15,593 nt of DNA. Origin: Nitrospinota bacterium. GTDB lineage: Bacteria; UBA8248. Positions 7,287 to 15,593 of the stretch are shown one piece after another. The notes under the pieces were generated by a model, which was given only the letters and a program-made list of their open reading frames with translations, was not told where the DNA came from and made no database searches. The stretch covers positions 1 to 15,593 of the forward strand of contig JASLZZ010000024.1 of NCBI GenBank assembly GCA_030754595.1, written 5' to 3'. The first letter of the stretch is position 1. Each line of letters starts with the position of its first letter. The translations under genes were made by a program, and so were the position numbers.

Positions 7287-9092
7287 CTAGGCGTGCTTCC
7301 TGGCCTTGAGCTCGGTCTTGCGGAAGCGGAAGGCGGCGGGCGCGACTTCGAGGCATTCGCCCTCCTTGAGGAACTCGATGGCCTGCTCGAGGCTGAACTG
7401 GCGCGGCGGGACGATCTGGGCGCTGATGTCGGCGCCCGAAGCGCGCATGTTGGTGAGTTTTTTCTCTTTCGTAATGTTGATGTCCATGTTCTGCTCCCGG
7501 CTGTTCTCGCCGATGATCATCCCCTCATAAACCTCGTCGGTCGGCGAGACGAAGAGCACCCCCCGGTCTTGTAAGTGCTCGATGGCGTAGGGGGTGACTT
7601 TTCCGCCGCGGTCGGCGACGAGGGCGCCCGTGATCCGGCCGGGAATATCTCCCGCCCAGGGCTCCCAGCCTCCGAAGAGGGTGGTGAAAATTCCGGTGCC
7701 CCGCGTGTCGGTGAGGAATTCGTTCCGGTAGCCAAACAGTCCCCGGCTCGGGATTTTGAAACCGAGGCGGGCGCGGCCCCGGCCCGGGTTGGCCATCTGG
7801 GTCATCTTTCCCCGGCGCTCACCGAGTTTTTGGGTGACGATGCCGATATAATCCTCGGGAATGTCGATGACGGCGTTTTCGACTGGCTCGAGGGTCTTGC
7901 CCCCCTCGGCGCGCGTGATGACCTCCGGCCGGCCGACGGTGATCTCGAATCCCTCGCGGCGAAGCTGCTCGATAAGAATGGCGAGCTGAAGCGAGCCGCG
8001 CCCCGACAGGCGGAAAGCGTCGGAAGAGGCGGTCTCCTCGGCCACGATGGCCGGGTTGTTCAGCGCTTCCCTGAAAAGGCGCTCCCGGATCTGGCGCGAA
8101 GTGAGCAGCTGGCCGCTCCGGCCCGAGAAAGGGGAATCGTTCACCCGGAAAATCATTGTAATCGTCGGCTCATCGAGAACGATGGGGGGAAGCGGGCGCG
8201 GGTTCTCCGGGTCGGCGATGGTGTCCCCGATGCGGATCGGATCGAAGCCCGCGACGGCGACGATATCCCCCGCCCGGGCCTCCTGTATTTCCTTTCGCTG
8301 GAGACCTTCGTAGCCGTAGAGGGCGGTCACCTCGGCGGTTTGGCTCTTGCCGCCGGCGCCGATCAGGGTGCATTTCCCGCGGGGGCGGATCGAGCCGTTC
8401 CACACGCGCCCGATGGCGAGGCGGCCGACGTAGTTGTCGTATTCGAGTTGTGCGACGAGGAGTTGGAGCGGAGCGCCTTCCTCGAACTCCGGCGGCGGGA
8501 TAGTCTTGAGCAGCGTCTCGAAGAGAGGCTCGATGTTTTCCGCCAGCGCATCCGGGGAGGCGCCCGCCCGGCCTTCCTTGGCGATGGCATAGAGGACGGG
8601 GAATTCAAGCTGATCTTCATTCGCGTCGAGGTCGATAAACAGATCGTAGACCTCGTTCAGCACTTCTTCCGCCCGCGCGTCCGAGCGATCCACTTTGTTG
8701 ATAACAACGACGAAGGGAATCTCACGCTCGAGGGCCTTTCCGACGACGAACCGCGTCTGTGGAAGCGGGCCCTCGGAGGCGTCCACGAGGAGCAGGGCGC
8801 CGTCCACCATCGAGAGCACTCGTTCGACCTCGCCGCCGAAATCGGCGTGGCCCGGCGTATCGACAATGTTGAGGGTGGCATCGCCGTAATTGATCGCGCA
8901 GTTTTTCGCCATGATCGTGATGCCTTTTTCGCGTTCGAGGTCCATCGAGTCGAGAACGCGGCTGGCTACCGCTTGGCCCTCGCGGAAGATTCCGCTCTGC
9001 CAGAGCATGGAATCGACGAGGGTGGTCTTGCCGTGATCGACATGAGCGATGATGGCGAAGTTTCGAATGTCGCTTCGGGTGGTGATGGCCAT
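7287..9092 (-). CDS. typA: Translational GTPase TypA/BipA, 601 aa
   Basis: [81 protein letters not shown] 9092 has AGGAG upstream; the track's extension to 9209 is not homologous to TypA. Confidence 0.98.
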   Translation of the reverse strand: MAITTRSDIRNFAIIAHVDHGKTTLVDSMLWQSGIFREGQAVASRVLDSMDLEREKGITIMAKNCAINYGDATLNIVDTPGHADFGGEVERVLSMVDGALLLVDASEGPLPQTRFVVGKALEREIPFVVVINKVDRSDARAEEVLNEVYDLFIDLDANEDQLEFPVLYAIAKEGRAGASPDALAENIEPLFETLLKTIPPPEFEEGAPLQLLVAQLEYDNYVGRLAIGRVWNGSIRPRGKCTLIGAGGKSQTAEVTALYGYEGLQRKEIQEARAGDIVAVAGFDPIRIGDTIADPENPRPLPPIVLDEPTITMIFRVNDSPFSGRSGQLLTSRQIRERLFREALNNPAIVAEETASSDAFRLSGRGSLQLAILIEQLRREGFEITVGRPEVITRAEGGKTLEPVENAVIDIPEDYIGIVTQKLGERRGKMTQMANPGRGRARLGFKIPSRGLFGYRNEFLTDTRGTGIFTTLFGGWEPWAGDIPGRITGALVADRGGKVTPYAIEHLQDRGVLFVSPTDEVYEGMIIGENSREQNMDINITKEKKLTNMRASGADISAQIVPPRQFSLEQAIEFLKEGECLEVAPAAFRFRKTELKARKHA

Positions 9093-9168
9093 GGACGGCT
9101 CCTGAGTTCCCTTCAATCCTCCATTTAATAAAAGGCGCCGCCCGCCCGCGGAGGGCCGGGGCGGACGG

Positions 9169-9197
9169 ATAATGGCTGAAAAGAGGAGATGGTTCAA
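9169..9197 (-). promoter_or_regulatory. Putative sigma70 promoter of typA
   Basis: Minus strand reads TTGAAC-N17-CATTAT, about 76 nt upstream of the ATG. Confidence 0.45.
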
Positions 9198-9491
9198 GGG
9201 AAAAATCATGATTTGGCCATATTTTCCGGGGAGAGCGGGTCCCCTCTCGATAGCCTGTTTTCATGTCCCGCCGATAAAGTCGTCCTGCACGTTCGGAATA
9301 CAAGCGGGGATGCTATGCTGGGTGCACGATCCAGCTTGCCGCTCCGCTCAAGAGCGGGGCCAGGCCGAACGGCGCTCCCCTTCACCTGGAAGGCATCACG
9401 GAATAACCGTACCGTGGAACAACCGATACCGGGCGCGAGAGGGCGGGCGCTCCCGGACGCCTCCATTTCCCCGCCCGGCGGAGAGGCTTTA

Positions 9492-10330
9492 ATGAAACAG
9501 TTAACCGACCGCGTTTTTTCATGAACAGGTACCCCACGGAGGGGATAGTCGTTACTTCCGGCGGCGTCGTCGCCATCGACGGGCCGATGAAGCCCGGCGA
9601 CGCGATCGAGTGGCGCGACTTCATCGCTTCAAAGGGCCCTCTTCGATATAACATCAACACCGAACACCATCAGGACCACATCACATCGAACTGGTATCTG
9701 AAGGCCGATAAAATTTTTTCGAGCGAAGTGACCTACGCGGATTTTCTCACCTCCCTGACATCGTTGGAGGTGACCCGGGAGCGTATGCTGAACTACGATC
9801 CGGGTTGCGGCGATCTTTTGGAGGGATACGAAGTCCGGTGGCCCGACATCACATTCAAGAGCCGGATGACGCTTCGGCTCGGGGGTGAGACTTTTCACCT
9901 CATTCATTCGCCTGGACACACACGGAGGCAAACCGTCGTACATGCCGTCGAGGCGCGCGTCGCTTTCACGGCCGACAACATCACCCCGGGAAATTATCCC
10001 TTTTTTCACTCCGCCGCCGTTTGGGAATGGTTCGAGTCGCTAGCTCTTCTCGAGTCTCTCGATGTGGACTGGTATGTGCCGGGGCACGGTGATCCCTGCG
10101 GGAAGGGCGAATTCCCCCGGCACCGGGAGATAATGTTCGACATCATCAACGAAATAAAAGAGCTTAAAAACCGGGGCCTCGGCCGGGAGGAGGTCCAGGA
10201 GCGGGTGAACTACATCGATCGCCCTGGTCTCGATCACCCCCGTGTGCTGGGGCCTCGCGCCTACGAACTGCAAAAAGGGGGCGTGGGGAATATTTTCGAC
10301 GCGCTGGGCGATCATCCTTCAGGGCCGTGA
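9492..10330 (+). CDS. MBL-fold metallo-hydrolase; probable true start 9492 with a 1-nt frameshift in the T6 run at 9514-9519 (intact ORF from 9521)
   Basis: Motifs VVAIDGP, INTEHHQDH, SPGHT, FTADN, VPGHG. ATG 9492 has a strong GGAGAGG SD and reads MKQLTDRVF, a typical MBL first strand, but is out of frame by one base with 9521-10330. Confidence 0.85.
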
Positions 10331-10419
10331 CACTGCCGTGAGATTGCCCTGATTCATTGGGTCCGGCCCGTTTCAGCCGCGCGAATCGCCGCTTTTCCGA
10401 TATTGCCCATCGGCCCGCC

Positions 10420-10449
10420 TTGTAGTCGCCGGAGCGCGGAGGGTAAAAT
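10420..10449 (+). promoter_or_regulatory. Putative sigma70 promoter upstream of the PAC2 gene
   Basis: TTGTAG-N18-TAAAAT, about 51 nt before ATG 10501. Confidence 0.35.
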
Positions 10450-10500
10450 GGGCTGAGTCAAAGTTAGTTTTTCGGTCCCCTGACCCGGAGTGGTTTTTCC

Positions 10501-11415
10501 ATGGAATGCATTCATGTCGATAAAATCCCGGAGCTGAACGACCCGCTTTTTGTCCTGGCTTTTGAAGGTTGGAACGACGCGGCCCAGTCGGCGACTATCG
10601 CGGCGAGGTACCTGGTGAGCCGCTTCGACGGCAAGCGGTTTGCGAGGTTCCAGTCGGAAGATTTTTTCCAGTTTTCGGATCAACGGCCGCACGTCCGCCT
10701 CGGCACCGACGGAAAACGCGTGATCACCTGGCCCGAAAATTCGTTTTATTATTGCAAACATCCGGAATTGGCGCGTGACCTGGTGGTGTGCGTTGGCGTT
10801 GAGCCTCAACTGATGTGGAAGTCGTTCAGCCGGAGCGTCATGGAACTCATCCGCAGGTGCGGCTCCGGGCTGACGGTGACCATGGGCGGGCTGCTGGCGG
10901 AAAACCCTCATGACGAGCCCCTGGAGCTTGTATGCATCGCGACTGAGCCGCGACTGGCCGGGCTCACTGGCGTCCAGGTGACAAAATACGAAGGGCCGAC
11001 CGGAATCGTTGGCGTTATTCACACCGAACTCCAGGATGCCCGCATACCGGCTGTGAGCCTTTGGGTCAACATTCCTCAAAAAATTTCATCGCTTCCGAAT
11101 CCCAAGGGGGCCTATGCGCTTCTCGAGCGTCTTGAGGCCGTCAGCAAAATCAATATCGACCTGGACGAGCTCGGGCGATCCGCCGATCAATTCGACGAGA
11201 AAGTTAAGGAGGTTATCGAACAGCAGCCGAGCAATGAGCGGTTCCTCTCCCAACCTTTCACGACACAGGACGACGGGGACGACATGGATACGGATCCGCT
11301 CGAGGATGAATCCGCGGAAGAGGAATCACCCGAAAAACTGCCCTCGGGCGATGAGCTTGCGGATGAAATCGAATCCTTTCTCCGGCGCCGGAGTAACGGC
11401 GAAGCCTCCGATTAA
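10501..11415 (+). CDS. PAC2 (proteasome assembly chaperone-like) family protein, 304 aa
   Basis: LAFEGWNDAAQSAT, EDFFQFSDQRP, ITWPE, GVEPQLMW..F, YEGPTGIVGVI, AVSLW, PNPKGA.ALL, acidic linker, LPSGDELADEIESFLR. Confidence 0.9.
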   Translation: MECIHVDKIPELNDPLFVLAFEGWNDAAQSATIAARYLVSRFDGKRFARFQSEDFFQFSDQRPHVRLGTDGKRVITWPENSFYYCKHPELARDLVVCVGVEPQLMWKSFSRSVMELIRRCGSGLTVTMGGLLAENPHDEPLELVCIATEPRLAGLTGVQVTKYEGPTGIVGVIHTELQDARIPAVSLWVNIPQKISSLPNPKGAYALLERLEAVSKINIDLDELGRSADQFDEKVKEVIEQQPSNERFLSQPFTTQDDGDDMDTDPLEDESAEEESPEKLPSGDELADEIESFLRRRSNGEASD

Positions 11416-11571
11416 ACGCTTCCGGCTCTGGCTCCGGCGGCTCGGGCCTGCCTGCCTGGTAATCACAATCGTTCAATATTTGTTCGTCGAAAGAGACGAT
11501 TCCCGCCTCCTCGAACGGGAAACGGCTTCTATTCTCCTTTTTTCGAGTGTTGGGGCCCCGCTGGATTGGTG

Positions 11572-12636
11572 ATGCGCGCTTTTGTCCTGGCGGCGGGTCT
11601 TGGCATCCGCCTGGGTCCGCTCGGAGAGATTGTTCCCAAGGCGCTCCTGCCCCTGGGCGGTGTGCCGATGATTCGTTTTGCCCTGGACAGGCTCGGCCGC
11701 GCGGGTGTGAGCGAGGCGGTTGTCAATCTTCACCACCGCGCGGATATGGTCAGGGCCGCGCTCGGGGAATCCGTCTGCGGCGTTAAAATCCTTTATTCCC
11801 ATGAGCCCGAAATATTGGGAACGGCCGGCGGCCTGAAAAATGCCGAGGATTTTCTTCGGGAGGGCGGCGGGTCGTTTTTCGTTTTAAACGCTGACATTTT
11901 GAGCGGCGCGGACCTAGGGGCCGCGCTGGCCCGCCATGAGGAAGGCGGTTTTTTGGCGACGCTGATTCTCCGCGCTTCGGCGGACGCTGAAAAATACGGC
12001 CTCCTGACGGTGGATGAGGCGGGACGGCTCCGGAGGTTTCTTCGCGCAAGTGCTCCCGGCGAGGGCGGCGGCGCGACGAGAGAGGCGATGTTCACCGGAC
12101 AAAGCGTGATGTCGCCCGCGCTTCTCGATCATATTCCGGCGGGACGGCCCTGCGGAATCTCGGAGGAAGTCTACCCGCCCCTGATTGAGAGCGGCGCTCC
12201 GGTTGGCGGTTTTTTGACGGAAGCCTACTGGGCCGATGTGGGCGCACCGGCCATGTATTTGGATGCCACGGAGGACCTCATCGCCGGGCGACATGTCCCG
12301 GCGATCGATTGGCCGGCCGGGGAGGATATGCTTGTGGAGGGCCCGCCCCTGCCGTGGGGTGAGGGGTTGCTCCGCCCGCCCGTTCTCATCGGCGAGGGAG
12401 TGAGCCTGAAGAGCGGCGCCACCGCCGGGCCTTTCGCTGTTTTGGGGAGCGGTGCTACTCTGGGTGAAGGGGTTTCCGCTGAGAATTCAGTCATCTTTCC
12501 CGGCGGCAGGGTGAGCGATGCGGTGTCTTTGGAGCGGTGCATCGTAGGACCCGCCGCTTTCGCCGCTCCTGAGGGTGGTAAGCGGTTTTTCGAGTCCGTT
12601 TTCGCCGGTGAGAGTTCGGAGCCGATTTCTTTTTAA
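11572..12636 (+). CDS. NDP-sugar pyrophosphorylase / nucleotidyltransferase (mannose-1-phosphate guanylyltransferase-like) with C-terminal hexapeptide-repeat region
   Basis: MRAFVLAAGLGIRL.PL...PKALLPL, VVNLHH, EPEILGTAGGL, VLNADI, YWADVG, followed by PVLIGEGVSL..GPFAVLGSGATLGEGV..ENSVI repeats. Confidence 0.9.
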   Translation: MRAFVLAAGLGIRLGPLGEIVPKALLPLGGVPMIRFALDRLGRAGVSEAVVNLHHRADMVRAALGESVCGVKILYSHEPEILGTAGGLKNAEDFLREGGGSFFVLNADILSGADLGAALARHEEGGFLATLILRASADAEKYGLLTVDEAGRLRRFLRASAPGEGGGATREAMFTGQSVMSPALLDHIPAGRPCGISEEVYPPLIESGAPVGGFLTEAYWADVGAPAMYLDATEDLIAGRHVPAIDWPAGEDMLVEGPPLPWGEGLLRPPVLIGEGVSLKSGATAGPFAVLGSGATLGEGVSAENSVIFPGGRVSDAVSLERCIVGPAAFAAPEGGKRFFESVFAGESSEPISF

Positions 12637-12657
12637 AATAATAGATCGGAAGATTTA

Positions 12658-14304
12658 ATGGGCCAGGCCACTTTGCCGGATACGAAAGACAGACCGGAGC
12701 CGACAACGAAAATCACTCTCCCCGGGGGACGGTCGCCGGTTCTGGCGCGGGAGGGAGTTGTGGCGACGAGCCAGCCGCTGGCCGCCACGGCAGGGCTGCA
12801 AGTCCTCCGCGTGGGGGGAAACGCGGTGGACGCCGCCATCGCGACGGCGGCGGCGCTCAATGTCGTCGAGCCGCAATCCACCGGCATCGGCGGCGACATG
12901 TTCCTGATTTACTGGGATAACGACGAAAAAAGACTCGTCGGCCTCAACGGCAGCGGCCGCGCCCCGCAAGGCGCCACTCTCGAACGCTACCGGAGCGAAG
13001 GGCTCACCGCCGTTCCCGGGGAGGGAATCTTCGCGGTCACGGTCCCCGGCGCGTTCGATGGCTGGTGCTCGGCCCTTGATCGTTTCGGGAGCGGAAAAAA
13101 GTCGCTCACCGAACTGCTCGCTCCGGCGATTCACTACGCCGAGAGCGGCTTTCCGTTGACACCTATCATCGCGAACGCTTGGCGGCTTCAGGAAAAAAAG
13201 CTCTCCTCTTTCGAGGGGTCGAAGCGAACCTACCTGCCGGGAGGGCGAGCGCCGCGTGTGGGCGAGATTTTCCGCAATCCGAATCTGGCGGCCACTTTCA
13301 GGTTGCTTGGGGAGGGCGGCCGGGAGGCCTTCTATCACGGCCCGGTGGCGGAGGCGATTGTCCGGGCGTCGGGTGAATTAGGCGGCCTATTCGAGATGGA
13401 GGATTTCGACGGCGCCCGGTGCACCTGGGTAGAGCCGGTCAGAACGGGCTACAGAGGTTATGAGCTTTGCCAGATACCCCCCAACGGCCAGGGCCTCGCG
13501 GCGCTCATTTGTCTGAATATCCTCGAAGGCTATCCGCTCTCGGAGTTCAGCTTCGGTTCGGCGGAACATTTTCACTATCTCATCGAAGCGATGAAACTCT
13601 CCTTCGCGGACAGGAACAAATACATCGCCGACATGGAACATGCCGAGGTGCCCCTGGAGGGTCTCCTGTCGAAAACATACGGTGAGGAGCGGCGGCGGCT
13701 AATCTCCGGGGATTCGGCGGCGGACCCCGCCCCCGGCGCCCCCCATGGTTCGAGCGATACGATTTATCTCACCGTGGCCGACCGCGATGGAAACATGTGC
13801 TCGTTCATCAATAGCCTGTTCCACCATTTCGGCTCGGGCGTCACGGCCGGCGATACGGGAGTCATGCTGCAAAGCCGTGGTTTCGGTTTCTCTCTCGAGG
13901 AGGGGCATCTCAACTGCATCGCGCCCGGAAAGCGCCCGCTCCATACGATTATTCCCGGTTTTGTGATGAGGGACGGCGAACCCTGGATGAGTTACGGCGT
14001 CATGGGCGGTGATATGCAGCCCCAAGGCCATGTTCAGATGCTTTCGAACATGGTGGATTTCGGCATGAACGTCCAGGAGGCCATCGAAGCGCCGAGATTC
14101 CGCGTTCTGGGCGGTCTGGAGGTCGCCGTCGAACACGGGGTGCCCGACGAGGTGCTCGATGACCTGACACGGCGGGGCCATGATGTCGCCCGGAGCGGCG
14201 GTTATGAGGGCTTCGGGGGCGCACAAGGGATCGTCCGTCTCCCGGAGGGGGTATACATGGCCGGCTCGGACCACCGGAGGGACGGCTGCGCCACCGGATA
14301 TTAG
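12658..14304 (+). CDS. ggt: Gamma-glutamyltransferase family protein (Ntn hydrolase, no signal peptide), 548 aa
   Basis: VATSQPLA..AGL..L..GGNAVDAAIA, VVEPQSTGIGGD, TVPGA, PPNGQG, nucleophile Thr in SSDTIYL (codon 13759-13761), PGKRPLHTI, GVMGGDMQPQG, GSDHRRDG. Confidence 0.95.
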   Translation: MGQATLPDTKDRPEPTTKITLPGGRSPVLAREGVVATSQPLAATAGLQVLRVGGNAVDAAIATAAALNVVEPQSTGIGGDMFLIYWDNDEKRLVGLNGSGRAPQGATLERYRSEGLTAVPGEGIFAVTVPGAFDGWCSALDRFGSGKKSLTELLAPAIHYAESGFPLTPIIANAWRLQEKKLSSFEGSKRTYLPGGRAPRVGEIFRNPNLAATFRLLGEGGREAFYHGPVAEAIVRASGELGGLFEMEDFDGARCTWVEPVRTGYRGYELCQIPPNGQGLAALICLNILEGYPLSEFSFGSAEHFHYLIEAMKLSFADRNKYIADMEHAEVPLEGLLSKTYGEERRRLISGDSAADPAPGAPHGSSDTIYLTVADRDGNMCSFINSLFHHFGSGVTAGDTGVMLQSRGFGFSLEEGHLNCIAPGKRPLHTIIPGFVMRDGEPWMSYGVMGGDMQPQGHVQMLSNMVDFGMNVQEAIEAPRFRVLGGLEVAVEHGVPDEVLDDLTRRGHDVARSGGYEGFGGAQGIVRLPEGVYMAGSDHRRDGCATGY

Positions 14305-14334
14305 ATAGTCCGAAGCAGCGTGGAAGGGGACGTT

Positions 14335-15180
14335 GTGAGGAGAGTAACTTTTGCCGGGTTATTGGCTGCCGGGGTCTTGTCATTCGCCGGCCTTTCCGGC
14401 GCCTCCTCCGCGGGAGTAGGATGCGAATCCCGGCTCGCCGGAAACACCGGCTCTTGGCGGACGATCTCGCGGGGACTCGATGTCAGGAAGATGCGTATTC
14501 GCTTCTGGGACGGGACCTCCGCCGGCATGACCGGCGTTCGTATCGACCCGGATCATTTTGAAATCCAGCTCAAGTGGCAGTTCGGAAAAGGCGCGCTGAA
14601 GGCGGCGGCCGACATTGCGCGGGCCGCCAAGGCCGTGGCCGCGGTCAACGCCGGGTATTTCGACGAGAACGGCAGGCCCATGGGGTATTTTCGCTCGGGC
14701 GGTACGGTGTTCAATAGCCGCCTTCTTTTCCGGGGGCGCAGCCGCGCGCTTCACCTTGGCGCTATTTTTTATGTTCTGAATAATTCCGGGAAGGCGGGGA
14801 TCGCCACCCGCGAGGAATTTGATTCGAGAGGGGTGCGCGAGGCTTTTCAGGCGGGGCCCTATCTCGTTCGAAACGGACGGCCCGATCCGGGTCTGGCCGC
14901 CTATCGGGAGTATCGCCGCGCGGACCGGCGGACCGTTCTCGCCCTCGGAAATAAGGGACGTCTTGTATTCATAGTGAGCGATGAAATCGGACGAGGAATA
15001 TCTTGGTGCGAGCTCCAGAATTTTTTGGCGCGGCCCGAGTCCGGAGGCGGTCTTGAAACCGTCGAAGCGATGAATCTCGACGGTGGGTCGAGTTCTCAAC
15101 TATTCGTGAATGGAAGCGACCGGTCGTTTAATCTGGCCGGGAGATTGGTGCCGGCGTTGATTCTCGCCATTCCCCGTTAG
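14335..15180 (+). CDS. Exported phosphodiester glycosidase (NAGPA/DUF2233) family protein
   Basis: Signal-peptide-like N-terminus; motifs AAVNAGYF, AFQAGPYLV, RRTVLA and AMNLDGGSSSQL. GTG 14335 chosen because GGAAGGGG precedes it; the track start is 14320. Confidence 0.87.
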   Translation: MRRVTFAGLLAAGVLSFAGLSGASSAGVGCESRLAGNTGSWRTISRGLDVRKMRIRFWDGTSAGMTGVRIDPDHFEIQLKWQFGKGALKAAADIARAAKAVAAVNAGYFDENGRPMGYFRSGGTVFNSRLLFRGRSRALHLGAIFYVLNNSGKAGIATREEFDSRGVREAFQAGPYLVRNGRPDPGLAAYREYRRADRRTVLALGNKGRLVFIVSDEIGRGISWCELQNFLARPESGGGLETVEAMNLDGGSSSQLFVNGSDRSFNLAGRLVPALILAIPR

Positions 15181-15218
15181 GGAAGGCAGGGTTGCAGCCG
15201 TCGCCGGGAGGAGATGTT

Positions 15219-15366
15219 ATGGAGCGCCGGATCAAGGAAATTATGACCACTAATGTTGTGACAATCAGTCTCGATGAAAAACTCGATCTCGTCGATGATA
15301 TCATGTCAAACGGCGATATCCGGCATATGCCTGTCACGAAAGGCAGTTTTGTCATCGGCCTGCTTA
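15219..15366 (+). pseudogene. CBS-domain protein, interrupted by IS after 49 codons
   Basis: GGAGGAG SD, then MERRIKEIMTTNVVTISLDEKLDLVDDIMSNGDIRHMPVTKGSFVIGLL (CBS motifs IM..V.T, IRHxPV, GLL). Similarity stops at the TA (15365-15366) that abuts the IS end. Confidence 0.88.
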
Positions 15367-15593
15367 GAAGTCATTTCATAACTCTCATGAGTTTTCTCAT
15401 CGTGATCAGGGCACAAGCCATATGAAAGAATCCACCGTAGGTTTCCATCAGTCGGTCCCATCGCACGGTCAGCCTGCGGAAGTTGCCAAACCAGGCAATC
15501 GTCCGCTCGATGATCCATCGCCTGCGGTAGCGCCGGAGTTCCCGTCCGTCCTGGCGAGAGGGCTTCTTGCGGTTCGAGCGATGAGGGATGACC
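15367..15593 (-). mobile_element. 3' part of a second, different IS5-family element (IS427/IS1031-like), truncated by the window edge
   Basis: The end sequence GAAGTCATTTCATAA directly follows a (T)TA target, and the transposase stop codon lies inside this terminal repeat. Confidence 0.85.
15371..15592 (-). CDS. IS5-family transposase, C-terminal fragment (partial, not in the ORF track)
   Basis: My translation is VIPHRSNRKKPSRQDGRELRRYRRRWIIERTIAWFGNFRRLTVRWDRLMETYGGFFHMACALITMRKLMRVMK*. It contains the Y-x2-R-x3-E-R DDE motif and the RRL..RWDR motif typical of IS5. Confidence 0.92.
   Translation of the reverse strand, partial: VIPHRSNRKKPSRQDGRELRRYRRRWIIERTIAWFGNFRRLTVRWDRLMETYGGFFHMACALITMRKLMRVMK

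Noticed and set aside
7575..9128. 517-aa plus-strand ORF
   Set aside because: It is the antisense shadow of typA, expected at high GC, and has no recognisable motifs.
9093..9209. 39-aa N-terminal extension of TypA in the ORF track
   Set aside because: It is not homologous to TypA and overlaps the predicted promoter and hairpin; ATG 9092 has a good SD.
1..15593. Composite transposon formed by the two terminal IS elements
   Set aside because: The elements have different transposase tails and terminal repeats, each interrupts a different chromosomal gene, and the cargo includes housekeeping typA.

Overview
GC-rich bacterial chromosomal segment with housekeeping and catabolic genes, bounded by two different IS5-family insertion sequences that both point inward and each interrupt a gene. 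Left to right: IS5 3' end inserted into glyA (the glyA remnant also has an in-frame TAG); an amidase-signature amidase with a small overlapping upstream ORF (-); a dual-BON lipoprotein; a luciferase-like monooxygenase pseudogene (internal deletion plus frameshift); an acyl-CoA-dehydrogenase-fold gene and a DapA-like aldolase (-), both with non-canonical catalytic motifs; typA/bipA (-); an MBL-fold hydrolase with a probable 1-nt loss in a T-run near its start; a PAC2-family protein; an NDP-sugar nucleotidyltransferase; gamma-glutamyltransferase; a NAGPA-like phosphodiester glycosidase; and a CBS-domain gene cut by the second IS5. About 4 of 14 non-IS genes are damaged, which suggests IS expansion and early genome decay. 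The best candidates for undescribed biology are the atypical ACAD/aldolase operon with its promoter-embedded operator, the amidase with a GatC/AtzG-like partner, a 13-bp tandem array in a divergent promoter region, and possible structured RNA upstream of typA. I found no CRISPR, rRNA, tRNA or clearly novel multi-gene system. All family calls come from motif recognition, not database searches.
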